A stretch of 64,000 bases of DNA. It comes from Geosiphon pyriformis uo1 (taxonomy: Eukaryota > Fungi > Glomeromycota). Each line of letters opens with the position of its first letter. Within the stretch, counting starts at the first letter, position 1. The notes under the pieces are model-generated. The model did no database searches, was not told the origin of the DNA, and worked only from the letters and a program-made list of their open reading frames with translations. The stretch spans positions 62,001 through 126,000 of the forward strand of contig JAAOMT010000040.1 in NCBI GenBank assembly GCA_016748015.1, written 5' to 3'. This document shows positions 39,401 through 52,600 of the stretch, piece by piece. Made by a program: the position numbers and the translations under genes.

Positions 39401-41084
39401 TGTAGTTCATATATTTCTTGACAACAAGCTGTTTTTGGATAACAGGCTTCCCTGTGTCTTTCGCTCTCCTGTCCATTTCCCAATGTCATTGGTATTGGGT
39501 GATTCTTTGTATTTCAATGTGGTTCACTCCTTGAAAATTGCTGGTGTGGCATATGGTAACCAACTTCTGGACAAAAAGAGTTCTGTTGTCAGTTGGCGTA
39601 TGTTTTGCTGATGGAAAAGACTTGGTTCTAGAGGCTCCATGCCTTTATGGTTTTTGAAAGCCTTTATTCATTTGAATAATTGTTTGCATGCTCCCCTTTC
39701 TGCGAGTTTAGCTTCTGTCTGTGCTAATGTTTTGGATTCAACATCTTTTGCCAATATTCGTGAGGAGATTCATGGATTGTGGGCTGATAAGATTGATGTT
39801 TATACTGATGGTTTTCTTAGAGGCTTGGGTACGTTTCAGGTGACGTGTGGTGCTGACACTTATTTTCCTAGCTTGAACAAAGGTTTAGGGGTGGAGGTAC
39901 ATGGTGTGCTGTCTTTGACCCTGGCTGAATTACAGGCTGTTGCTCTGGCTCTGGAGTGTGTTTCTGCCTCTGTTTTAGTGGCTTTATACACAGATAGTTA
40001 AGCGGCTATTGATGCATGTGTGGCCGAATTGGGTCTCTTATAGCCGGATTGTTGCAATAGTTGCTGGATAGAAAGGCACCATGTGGTTGATTTGATTAAA
40101 TCCAAAGATCTGACTGTCTGCTGGGTTAAAGTCAAAGGTCATGCTGGCATTGCTGGTAATGTTATGGCTGACATTTTTGCTGAACAAGCTGCACACTCTG
40201 GGGTCTTTCTTCCTGTCAGAATTAATTGTAGATATGTGATTGCTGATGGCAGGCCAGTTTTTGGTAATGCCTGCTATTTTGTACATAACATTTTTCATTC
40301 CATTTGCAAGTTTCAATGAGAAGTGGGTCCTGGCCAAGAGGTTTTGTCTTGTTTGTTTGGTCTGGTTGTCAATTGGAATAGTATCACTCTAGTTTGGCAC
40401 CCTGACTCTCATATGCTCTCTGGGAGTACGTGTCAAGCCACTGTTACTCTTCATATGTATTTCATAAAAGCTGTTCATTTCAAGTTGCCTGTTGCTGTTC
40501 GAAAGAGGCTATATAGTAAGGATTACTCTGATGTGGCATGTCTATTTTGTGGTGATGTGGAACTTCCCGATCATGACTTTACTTGTGTTAAGGATGCTTC
40601 TGTGCAGTCAAATATTTTGGGTGACTTTGGTGGTTTGTGGAAAACTCTAATGGGTCCTGATCTACTATTGCCGTCTTTTGTGTTGTGAGATCTCTCTCTG
40701 GAGGTGTTTGATGTTGGTTTGTATTCAGTTTTTTGCAAGGAATTTGTTCTCAAGAGTTGGATGGATGAGGCCATTGCTTCTCTCAGTGACAAAAAGAAAG
40801 CAGTCTCTGTGATAGTGGATTTCATCTGTTGTTTAGCTAAAAGTCATAGGACGAACCTTTGGTTTTTTAGAACTAAGTTCAAATCTGACATGGAGAGAAG
40901 TGGTTTGATTGGTAATGATGTTGTTGTGGCCAGTGCTCTTGGTGTGGGTGTTCTGTCTTTCTCAGCTAGCATGGTCTGTCTTACTGGTGTGTTGGATTCT
41001 CTTGATGTCAGTTTTGGTTTTAGGGATAGGTTTTTGTTTTTGTCTGGTGCTGTTCATAGGGTTAGTGTTTCTATAAGTGTATAG
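36399..41084 (+). pseudogene. LINE ORF2 (APE endonuclease, RT, RNase H, CCHC) with 9 premature stops and no frameshift
   Basis: WKIAMCNVR, VTETKL, GGDFNE, LDY, TDH (APE). LQDMRKAYDSV, GLNQG, AFVDNT, RYLGI (RT). VYTDG, AELQAV, WVKVKGHAGIAGN (RNase H). CLFCGDVELPDHDFTC. Confidence 0.95.
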
Positions 41085-41221
41085 TGTTGTCTTGATTGGC
41101 TTGAGTGGCTAGTCACATGTAGCAAATGTGTGAACCATGTTTAGTTGGCTACTTTTTTTTGTAACTTATTCTAGACTTTGGTTGGGCTGCACTCATTAAT
41201 AAAATAAAATAAAATAAAATA

Positions 41222-42409
41222 AAAATTACTTTTGTTTAAAATTTTGAAAAACTTTGAATTTTAATAAATAAATAAATCAAGTTTAATTTAAATTTAACAA
41301 TAAATTTTTAAAAGCTTTTGTTCTGTAGTTTTAACAATAGTATAATTAAACAATATTTAATATATTTTAAAAAAATTTATAAAGTTTATAAGATATTTAA
41401 ATTTAAAGCTGTTAAAAATTTATGTATTTAGAATACTATTATTAAATACATAAAAACTTTTACTAATAATAAAAATTTGATAATTAAAAACATATTAAAA
41501 CAGTTTATTAAAAAAATTGCTTTAAATTACTTAGTAAATAATAGAAAGTTAATATTAAAATCTAGTATAATTAAAAACAAAATAGATTTAATTATAAAAA
41601 ATTGAATTAAAAAACATATAATTAAAGATATAATTTTTTTTTACTAACAAAAACAATTTGTTTTTTTGGTTTATGTTAATAATAATGTATTTTCTAATAT
41701 TATAAAACAAATTATTTTAAATAAATTCTTGTGAATTATTAAAAGACTTTTTAAAAAAAACTACAGATTTTTTTAAGATTACTAATAAAATGTAAAAACA
41801 TTGCAATAATTTATTTTGGTTTGGCTTTTAAACATGTTAAATATATATTTACTAAAAAAGACAGTTCTTAATACTTGATAAAAAACATAAATCTCAATAA
41901 TTTCAAAGCTATATAAATAAAAAAATCTGATAAAAAATATTAAACCAATTGCTTTAATTAAAATTATAAAAAAAATTTTGTTGAAAATTCTATCTAATTG
42001 GATTTTTATAGTTTGTAACAAGTTTAAAGTTCTAAAAAAAACAACTTTTTAATATTAAAAGATATATTAATTTAATTTTTTATCTTTATTATTAAAATTG
42101 TTGTTAAAAATACTTTAAAAAAAATTAAAATATATAACAAATTTATCAAGTTTTATAAATATATTTACAATAATTGTACAAATAGAGTTATAATTAACAT
42201 TAAATTAATAAAAATTTATATTGTATATAATAATTTAAATTAAGATAAAATATTTTTATCTTTTTTTTAAAGAGTTTTTTATAATTTTTTTTTGTATAAA
42301 ATTAAAAAAATATAAATTTTTATATAAGTACTAAGTAGATTTTAGATTTGTTATAAAAAACTGGCAAAATTAAATCTAATATAAAATTAATATCTTATTT
42401 AACTGTTAA
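41222..42409 (+). mobile_element. Old host LINE, segment 2 (decayed RT N-terminal half)
   Basis: Continues segment 1 across the duplication. Remnants KKIALNYLV...IKNKIDLIIKN*IKK, KPIALIKIIKKILLKILSNWI and KTGKIKS, ending just before the AFVDD motif. Confidence 0.8.
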
Positions 42410-45400
42410 GATAAATTGTGTCAATACACAATTTTTATTATTCTTTTTTTCTCTCTTACTTCCAAAAAAACCCCAATGAGCACTTTTTCTGAGAAAAGAA
42501 GTTTTTTGTTTTTATCTTGTTAATATTATATCAACATTTCTTTAACTAATAACCCTTTTGTCATAAATTTGAAGGCTGTCTCTAGTAGCAGCATGTCTAG
42601 TAAGAAGACTCCTAAAAGTGTGTTTCACAGTTCTGCTGGTGGTTCCTTTTCACAAAGAAAAAAAACTTCTCTTGGAAATATTAAATATTCTGGTGATAAG
42701 AAGGATATCTCTTTGAAGTCTGGTTCTGGTGCTAGTGTATATTTTGATGTAGAGAGCCTATCTGGTGATGATAAAGATATTAGTATGTCTGGTGGTTTTG
42801 ATGGTTCTCTCTTGGATTCGGCTGTTAATACTCTCAAAGTTAAATGGGTGAATACTGGTGCAAATTTTGGTTCTCCTATTGGTTCTTCTAACTTTGAAAT
42901 AGATGAAGAGGTGAAGTCTCTCCCACCACCCCTTAAGAAAAAGATTCCTTTAGATAAGATTTAGATTGATCCCAAGATCATCAAAATTTCTGTAAAAGTG
43001 TCAGTCAAGAAATCATTTGCTTTAGACATCAATCTTTCGGCTGTAGAAAGAAAATTGGCTACATTAAAAACTCAGTTTGTTAGAAAATTTTTTTCAAAAA
43101 TCAATGGTTTTGGAAAGGCCACTACCCTCTCAAAATTTGAAAGAATTATCTGATTGATGTTTATTTCATCAGAAAGCATAAAAAAGGCTGCATCATTGGC
43201 CAGAAAAAATAACATCTTAGTAAACAGTGATCTTAAGAAACAAGAAATTCACTTAGATCGGGCTGTAGTAATTAAAGAAATTCCCATGAATACGCCAAAA
43301 GAAATGATCATCGCTGCAGTATCCGAGTTTGGACAAATTAAGTTGATCAAAATCCAACTTATTGGTTTATGGCAGAAGGCTGTGGTAGAATTTGCCGAAT
43401 TAGAACAGGCTGTGTCTTTGGCTGCTAAGTGGTCCTTCCTAATTGGTAAAAATTCTGTTCATGTTGCTATAGCGGTAAAAGATCGTGATACTTGGGCATC
43501 TAGAGATCAATTCAGAGCACTTTTGTTTACTTTGCCTGTGGGAACAACTGCCCATGATCTCGGTGATTTATTGGATGGAGCTGGTAGGAAAACTTGCATA
43601 ATCAACCATTCCTTGAAGACTGGTAATAGGTTTTGCTGTGCTGTGGTTGGCTTTGAGACTGATGAAATGCTGGAATCTGCTTTTTGCACGGAACTAATCC
43701 TTGGCAGTGTGAAGCTTTCTTGGGCTAGATTGGATTTGGTTCAGTATGGACAGTGTGAGAAATTCAGTTATTCTGTTTTGGAGTGTAATGCTGAGATCAC
43801 TTCTACTTTTAAGTCTTCCAAGTCTTTTAAAAGGGTTGTCTCTGATGAAAACCACCTCCAGTTGGCCCGATTGTATGTGAAAAAAGGTGTGCCTATTTCT
43901 CGACTGGTTGCTTTTGGTGGCAAGTTATGGGCCCAAGTAGTCTTGTTTACACCCTTGTCTAATAATCCTCATTTTGGTTTTAATCCTGGTTTTGGTTCCT
44001 TCTCTTCTAATGCCTCAGGTGTGATTGGTCCCTCTCCTCATATGGTTCCTGTTAGTACATCTTTGGAGGCTTGTTTTGCTTCTTTGGAGCATTCTGTGGA
44101 GCTTCTTGTGGATAAGATGTCTGGTATTGTGAGCAAACTTGAAAATTTGGTCTTGATGCTCCTAGCTCTTGCCTCCTCTTCTCAGAATTTGGTGGTTCCA
44201 GTTGTGGCAAATGTGGAAGTTGATTCAGACATGGCTCTAGATAATCCTAAGCCAGTGCTTCTTCCCTCTTTTTTGGTTTCCTTTAATACTTCAGAATTGG
44301 GTTCAAGTAGTTCAAAAATTTTAACCTCAAAAATGGGCTGTTTGGAGTCAAAGTTGATGGCTCTTGAGGCTTTGGTTTGTTCAGTTTTGGTGAAGTTAGA
44401 TCAGATGTGTATTGGCTCAGGTTCTGCGGTTTCTTCATCATCTCAATGAGTAGTTTTGTGTAGAAAATTGTGACATGCAATGTTAGAAGGATAAACAATC
44501 CTGCTAAGCAAGCTAATATTATTCATTGGCACAAAGATATGAACAATGTGATTTTTATAGTTACAGAGACAAAGTTAAGGTGTAAGGTTCACTCTTAGAT
44601 TGCTAATAGGTTTTCAGGTGTGCGTGTTTTTGTCTTTGGCTTGAATTTGGGTTATCTCGGTTCTGGTGTAGTTATCATTATAAATGTTGCTTTGGCCAAA
44701 CACATGTATAGGATTTCTGAAGTTTTTGGTCATTTTTTTGCTATCAAGCTGCTCTTCAAGAACAAACTTTCTGTTTCTGTTTTAGGTTTGTATGCTGATG
44801 CATTTGTGTCAATGCATTTCTCACAAGCTGATAAAATAAATGCTTTGATTGCTGGTGCTGTAAATGAATCTTCTTTCATAATTTTGGGTGGTAACTTCAA
44901 TAAGGATGGTTCTCGTAAGAGTGCCAGCTTCAAGAAATGTGGTGCATTAGGCCTGGTTAACCCTTTCATCAATAATGTATTTCTGAAAACTCCAACATGG
45001 AGTAATTTACGGGGAGTGGTAAAAACAATTGACTATCTGTTTGTGTCTCTCAATTTGGTCAATGCTATAATGGATCGCAATATTCTGGGTGTGGTCAATT
45101 TCTTTGATACTGATCACCAAGCCGTTTCCGTGTCACTTGGTTTGGGTGGTCTTTTGAACACTCATTTGTGTTTTATTCGCAAACAGACCAATAAGGATCA
45201 TTGAAAATACAATTATAATAATGCTGGTGGTGCTTTGTGGTCAAAGTTTAAGGAAGAGATGATGGCTAATGCTGCCATGTTCTTTGATGAGTTTTTGGAT
45301 GTCAAAAGGCATTCAGATCTGGATGTTATGTGGGATGCTATTCACAAAACCTTGTGTTTTTTAGCAGATGTGGTTTTCAAAAAAAAATGGTTTAAGGAAT

Positions 45401-48400
45401 ATGATGGTGTCTTTACCAAGATCTCATCCAGGTTTCATAGATTGGAGCTCCTGGTGTCTAAATTGGTTAAAGCTTCCCAGTTAATCGATCGTGATGAGTT
45501 TATTTTGCTGCTGGATACTTGGATTCGGCTTAATTTGGTTAATGCTTCATTGGTAAAATTTTTGTTTCTCTCTGGTTCCCCATTGAATGATATATAGTCT
45601 GTTCTTTTCAAGATCAGAAAATTTTATTGTGCTGGTAAGTTATTAAATTCGAAATGTGCTGAAGAATCTTGTATCAGGTCTGCAATCAATAGGAGGATGG
45701 AAAACTTCAAGTTTAACAAAGATCACACTATCAGGAGTGTCTTGGAATGTCTCTTTTGCAAAGTCATTTTAGATCATTTGGTGGTGGGTAAGGAGTTGTT
45801 CTTGGAGCCTGATCCTGTTAAAAATAAAGTGGATGAGATAATGGAGGGTTGGATGCAGAAGCAAGATGTGGTTCTTGATGTGCCTGAAGATTGGTCCTGT
45901 CAGTATCAGCTTTTGGAACATGTTTTTGATGGTGCCTTTGCTAATGTTATGGACTGTGTTAATTTTGTTGAATTATTTGGTGTGGTTTCAAATCTGTCTG
46001 ATAGGAAGGCTGCTGGTCTCTCGAGCATCTCTAATGAACTCTGGAAGCATTGTGACAATTCAGCTCTTGATATGCTCTTGGTGCTCATCAATTCTTGTCT
46101 TTCTTATGAATCTGTTTCCAGTGCTTGGAAAGAGACTTGGGTGTCGATGATTCCTAAGCCTTATGAATGGGAAGGCATGCTCACTAACACTTGTCCTATT
46201 ACTTTGATTGAGACAGCTTGCAAAATTCTTTCCAAGATTCTTTCTAACAGGATTTCATTCACGTGCAGCAAGCATAACGTACTTTGTGATGACAATTTTT
46301 TGGTTTTAAAAGACACTATGACTCAGTTCCCCATTTTTGCAGTTAGTTTGGTAATCGAGAATGCTATAAAAAAGAACCATGAGCTCTGGCTGGTTTTGCA
46401 AGACATGCAAAAGACTTATGATTCTGTTGGTTGGGACCATCTTAGGAATAGTCTGGTTAGAATCAAAATGTGTAGCAAGTTTATTTGGTTTTTTGGGAGT
46501 ATTTATGGTGGTCGGACCAACCAGATTATGACCAATTTCAGGTTGACAAGTGATTATCATGTGCATAATGGTTTGGACCAAAGGGAGGTTTTCTCATCTC
46601 TCTTTTGGCAAATATTTTATGATCCTCTTTTGTGCAAAGTTAAGAGACAGAAGAGTGTGTGTAGATGCTGGTTAAATTCTCATTTTGTTTTTAAGACTGG
46701 TTATGTAGAATCTCAAGCTGGGTTAACTTCTTTCCTTGCTGCCAGTGCTTTTGTGGATGATATGATTTAGGTTGGTAGTAGTCAGATGGTAACACAACAC
46801 ATTCTAAATGTGGCTAGCAAGTTTTTTAGGGTTAATAACATTTCAATTAACAATGATAAAACTGTAGCCATTTTTATTAACTGCCAGGTTACAAATTCCT
46901 CTCTTTTAATAAGTGGATTACCTATCTCTGTAGCCAATAAGGGGGAATCTCATCAGTATTTGGGTATCTTTTTGTCCACTGAGGGCCTTTTTAAACCCAG
47001 TCTGGCCAAAGCTTACTTGGACATCAAGTTTTTTGCCAATCTTGTGTTAAAAAAGACCATCTTTGATAAACAATTTTCGTATTTGGTGTTTTCAGTTCTT
47101 CACTCTATTGTGAATTACAGAACTCAGTTCAGTTTTGTTCTTCCTAGTATGTGTACCAAATGAGATACTATGATTCACAGGGGTTTGAAATCAAAATCTG
47201 GTCTGCCTTTAGATTTTCTCAATGATGTGCTGCATCACCCCTCATTTTATGACTTGAAAACTTTTGAACAAATCCAGGCTGAGCACAAAGTAGCATCTGT
47301 TGTTTGTTTTGCGAATTTGGTTGGCATTTTGGGTCATTTGTTTGCTTATAGATCTCATGACTTGCAAGTTTTGTGTTGGCATCCAATTCATCCCTTAAAT
47401 TTCCCTATTTGTATTGGTATTGGTGTTTCTAATAATTATTTGGTGGGCTTGGTTCGTATTTTTCATGATTATAATCTTTCTCTGGATGGCTTCAGAGCCA
47501 ATGCTTTTTGTCTTCAAAATGGAACCCCTATGGTGTCTGTTCTTGATGAGTCTAAATTTGTTAGATGTTTTCTGTCTCTTTGGCATTATGGTATTGTTTT
47601 TGTGGACCAGTTTCAGAACCACAGGGGAGCTAATTTTACTTGGGCAACTTTTAAACATTGAAAGAGATTGGACCCACATGAACCAGTTTCTGTCTGGTTT
47701 GATCTTTCAGTTGCTTTTATTAATATGGTGGCTCCCATCTCTGTTACATCTTCTTCTGTTAATGGGATTGTCACTCGAAATATCCTGGATTCAATTAAAT
47801 TTAATAAGATTTGTGGTCATCTGCTTAATGTCAGTTCTGATAGTATTTTGGTATTTACTGATAGTTTTTTGGCCAGTTTGGGTACTGTTGGTATGCGGGC
47901 TGGAGTGGCCACTTTTTTTAATGGTGTTGATTTGGGTTTAGGTGTTGTAGTTTCTGGTTTGGTGTCTTCTACTATGGTGGAATTGTAGACTATTGCTTTG
48001 GCTCTTGAGTGTGTTCCCCCTTCCAGTTCTGTTCATTTGTTCTCTAACAGTCAGATGGCTTTGGATGCATGCAGATCTGAGCTGGGTCTAGTGGTTCTGG
48101 ACTTTCGAAATCAATGCTGGTTAGAATGCCATCACATTTCCAACTTGATTTATAATAGGAATTTGAACGTCTGTTGGTTTAAAGTCAAGGGACATTTTAG
48201 TGTTGTGGATAATAAGTGAGCAGATGCTCTTGCTGCAGCTGCTTCTACGTCTGACCTTTTTTTTCCTTTGCATTTGGATGAGTACTATATTTTGGCAGGT
48301 AATATAGCCATTTCTGGAAATTCTAGACATTTTGTTCATAACATTTTCTGTTGTATACATCATGTTGATTGAAAGGTTGGCTCTAGTTCTAAAATCTTGG

Positions 48401-49200
48401 TCTCCAGTTTGCATGGTAACATAGACTGGCGTAGGTCTTCACCCATGTAACATCTTGATATGTACATGACTGCTGGTTTCACTAGTAAACGTTTTGCTGA
48501 TGCTTGTATTATTGGCTGCCTGTGGCTGTTCATAAATGCCTTTATAGTAGGTCTTATCCCAGTGTTTTGTGGTGAAGTTGAATTTTCCGATCACGTTTTC
48601 TCATGTGGCTCTGATACTGCTATCTGCACCCAGCTGTTGAACACACATGCAGCTATCTAGGGAGCCCTCTCTGGTTTATCTTGGTCGTCGTCACGTCTTA
48701 TACAGCTTATGCTTTCTTGTGCCTCTGATGCTTTAGTGTGTTCAGCGTTTTGTAAGGAGTTTATGTTCAAACTTTGTTTTCAGGAAGTGGTTTCAGTTTT
48801 TGGGAACTCCAAAATTGCTTGTTGTAAGGTAATGGAATTTGTGCAAAATTTCTGTCTTGCTTTTAGGAATGAGGTTTGGTTGGTTCGTGCAAGTCACTGT
48901 GTTTTGATGAAAAAACGTGGTCTGATTTCTAGTAATGGTTCGGTTCTTGATCTGGTGCATGGCCTTTCTTCAGTTTTCTCTGCTGGGGTGATAAGGCTGT
49001 TGGGTATTGTGGAGGCTTTTGGTATTCACTTTGGCTTTCGTACACCTTGTTTATTTTTTTCAGACATTGGAGATTCTGTATCAGTTATTATAGATGCTTA
49101 GTGTTGTTCTGATCAGCCTGAGTGACTGGTCACGTATAGAAAATGCATAATTCATGCCTAGTATTTAGACCTCACTCATTAAATAATAATAATAATAAAA
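42410..49200 (+). mobile_element. Full-length LINE copy C
   Basis: Target-site duplication AACTGTTAA at 42401-42409 and 49201-49209. ORF1 ~42569-44449, ORF2 44446-49101 (AFVDDMI retained) and (TAA)n tail. Many in-frame stops and two small compensating deletions near 48510-48570. Confidence 0.95.
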
Positions 49201-49694
49201 AACTGTTAATGTTTTTATTAATAATATAATTTGAATTAAAAAAAATTTTTTAATAACAGATAATAAAATAATTTTTGGTAATATGTATTATTTTATTAGA
49301 TTAATAAATAATATAGTTATGTGTTTTTTATAAAAAGTTAATTTGAATTCTAGAGTTATAGTTTTTTATTTGTTATTAATATTAATTAGTACTATATTGT
49401 TTTAATTTACCATTTTAATTTCTATATGGCTATTTAGTATATAAATAAGTTTACTATTGATTTATACATACATATAATAAAAACTTTTTATAAAAAATTG
49501 TTTATTACTGTTAGAAATAGTTGTATAATAACAAATATATAAATATATTGTGTATATATTATAAAAAATAAAGTTTTTAAATCATATTTTTATTTATAGT
49601 TTAAGTTTTTTTGTTTATTAAAAATTGTTAAATAAGTAGTTTTTTTGTTAAAAATCTTTAATTAGTATAAATTTTACATTATTAATAGTATTAT
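49201..49694 (+). mobile_element. Old host LINE, segment 3 (decayed AFVDD motif, internal deletion, then post-RNase H/CCHC region)
   Basis: TVNVFINNII*I (= AAGAFVDDTIW) followed by remnants of LVWHPDSHM, LPVAVRKRLY and the CCHC finger. Confidence 0.75.
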
Positions 49695-52600
49695 TATTTT
49701 TTTATTAATTTTTAATGAGTGAGACCCAAAAGCCACCTAGTGCAATACATCAAACTAAGTGATCTAAACTAGGTGCTAATCATGCACTTTCTACATGTGA
49801 CCAGTTACTCAGATTGATTAAAGCAACACTACAAATCTATCAGAACAGAAACCATACTATCTATACCAGAAAAAAAGCAGCAATGTTTATGAAAACCAAA
49901 GCAGACACCAACTGTCTTAGCAATCCCAAGCAACCTAATCACTCCAGCAAAAAACATACATGACAAACCACAAGTCACAGGATACACAAAACCATCAAGT
50001 GGAATTAAACTGCCTTTTTTCATTAAAGCCCTATATTTAGCTCTAACCAACCAAATATCCATGTGGTGAGCAGCACCTAATTCTTGAACAAAATCAACAA
50101 TAAATTTTCCCACAACTTTGGCATCACCCAGAATGAATGAAGCTTTCTGAACCCAATCTCTGAACACAAAGTTTTTGCTCATAGTAGTATACAATATATC
50201 ATCAGATGTGCACAGAGAGAGCACCTGTGAGACACGAGATGAATGTAAGCCCAATCCAGAAACACAATACCACTTGGCCAGATAAGACTTGAGAATATCT
50301 ATATGAGCATCAGAATTAAATGTACAAACAAAAAAGTGGTCAGAACTTTCCACTTCACCACAGTGCAGACACAAGACACTTGAGTAGATCTTACTATACA
50401 AACATTTCCATATAGCAATCAGGAGACAGTGGTGGAGAGCCTTTAAAAAATAAAAGTGCAAACTAGCCATAGATTTACTGGTAAAGCTGGTCACCATATG
50501 GAAGTCAGAGTGCTACACCAAAGCAGTATGAAACCAGTCTATATCACCAAGTAAACTGTTATTAATAACATTAAAACCAGGACCAATCTCCTAATGAGCA
50601 TGATTAACAGATCTGAAAATCTTACGAGCAAGATAACAAATGTTCTCAAACACCACCATCCTGTTAGCCTTGATAAATCTCTTCTTAACCAAAACAGGAA
50701 GTGCCAAAAAAGAGTTCACAGCCAGACTGGCTAACTCATCAGCACATTCATTACCTATAACACCTGAATGTTTTTTTACTTTATGCCAAAAAACATCAAG
50801 CTGCTTTCCTTTAACAAAATTGATAATGCTATGCTGCTCCATCCAGCAGTGGTTGTGGAAATTTGAAGACACCAGAGCAGATTCAGTCACACACACATCC
50901 AAGGCAGCCTGACTGTCTGAATAAACCACTACTAAACTGTCAGAGAGAACACACTCCAAAGCCAAAGCAATTGCCTGCAGTTCCACCATAGTTGAAGATA
51001 CCAATCCACCAACCTTAGCACTAATACTCAGATCCAAATCTGAGAAGTAAGCAGCAGCACCACACTTCATTTCACATGAACCTAAATCTCTTAACGATTC
51101 ATTAGTGTAAACACTAACAACCCCCAAATTTGTAGAAGAGAGACACTGGCTCAATCTGGAAACCGTACCCAAGCTGCAAACATCCATAGCCTGCAAATCT
51201 TCAATGCACAAATCATCAGAAATAGAAGATCAATCCAAAAAGTCACAAACCAAAGTGAACCAAAGAGGGACAGAACCCCTTAGATCAAGTTTTTTCCAAT
51301 GACAAAAGTTTTTTCAATCAAAAATCAAACTTTTTTTGGTATATAACTGCTCAGCAAAGACGACCCCAAACTTTTTAAGAGAAAAAGAAACATTATAAAA
51401 CAAAGAAGCTCTCAGAACTATAGATATTGGTGTTCCACCAGAAAAGTGGAATGCAGAAACAGAAAAATTGTCGAGAGACATGTTATAGTCCAAAAAAATT
51501 CTAACAACATCTGCCAAAAAATTATTGACCAGACTAATACACAACCTAATCAAACAACATAGAGGGTGAATAGGTGATCAACCCAAAACCTGAAAATTCA
51601 GAGACCTATGATTGAACAAATAACCAAGAACACCACCAGCATTTGAAAAACACAATACAGAAGCCATTTTGCACTCAGTCTGCAACTGCTCAAAAGATTT
51701 CAAGCCATACAAAAAAGAATGGTAAAGAGCCTTATTCGGAAAGTCTCTTGAAAGACAAGTCTTAAGTCTTAACCTCCTTTTAATCAATGTATCCCATTTT
51801 ATATACACATTCCTAGAAATGAAGTTGAACTGAATCCTATAATTAACAATGAGTTGCAATACAGCTAATACTAGATAAAAAAATTGCTTGTTCAAAATAG
51901 CTTTTTTAAGAGCCAAATTGACAAAAAACTTAACATTCATATACATCTTAACCAAACTGGGTTTGGAAAAACCCTCAGATAACAAATAAATGCCAAGATA
52001 CTGATGAGACTTTTTCCTGTAAGCAATTGAAATCAGCAGACCATTAATTGACAATGATGCATTACTAACTCTCTAATTGATAGGAATAGCCATAGTTTTT
52101 TTGTTATTAATAGAAATGTTGTTTACTCTGAAAAATTCACTTGCTGTGTTCAAGATATACTGAGTGGCAGCCTAACTGCTATCCACCCAAATAGTATCAT
52201 CTACAAAAGCACCAGCAGCCAAAAACAAAGTCAAACTGCCTTGGTTTTCTATCCTACTTGTCCTAACTACAAATTTAGTATCAATTTAGTATTCACACAA
52301 ACTTTTTTGTTTCTTGACCTCACACAAAAGAGGGTCATAAAAGATCTTCTACAACAAAGAAGAGAAAACCTCATCTTAATCAAGACCATCATGTACCTGG
52401 TACCTATTAATTAAACCAAAATCAATTATAACCTAATTAACACAGTCATTGTAAATAGAACCAAAAAATCTAATAAAATGCCCGCACATTTTGATCTGAA
52501 CCAAACTATTATATAAGTGATGTCAATCCACAGAGTCATAGACTTTACACATATTTTGTAGCACAAGCCAAAGTTCATGATCCTTCTCCAAAGTGTTTTC

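Larger units (their letters stand above)
34384..41221 (+). mobile_element. Full-length LINE copy B (ORF1 + APE-RT-RNase H-CCHC ORF2)
   Basis: Target-site duplication AAAATTACTTTT(A/G)TTT at 34368-34383 and 41222-41237. 5' UTR, two ORFs, 3' UTR and (TAAAA)n tail. Confidence 0.95.

Noticed and set aside
36399-41084. Alternative genetic code (TGA=Trp) or readthrough, for example a Mollicutes-like endosymbiont origin
   Set aside because: TAG and TAA also occur at Trp/Gln positions, stop positions differ between copies, and flanking genes have spliceosomal introns and use the standard code.
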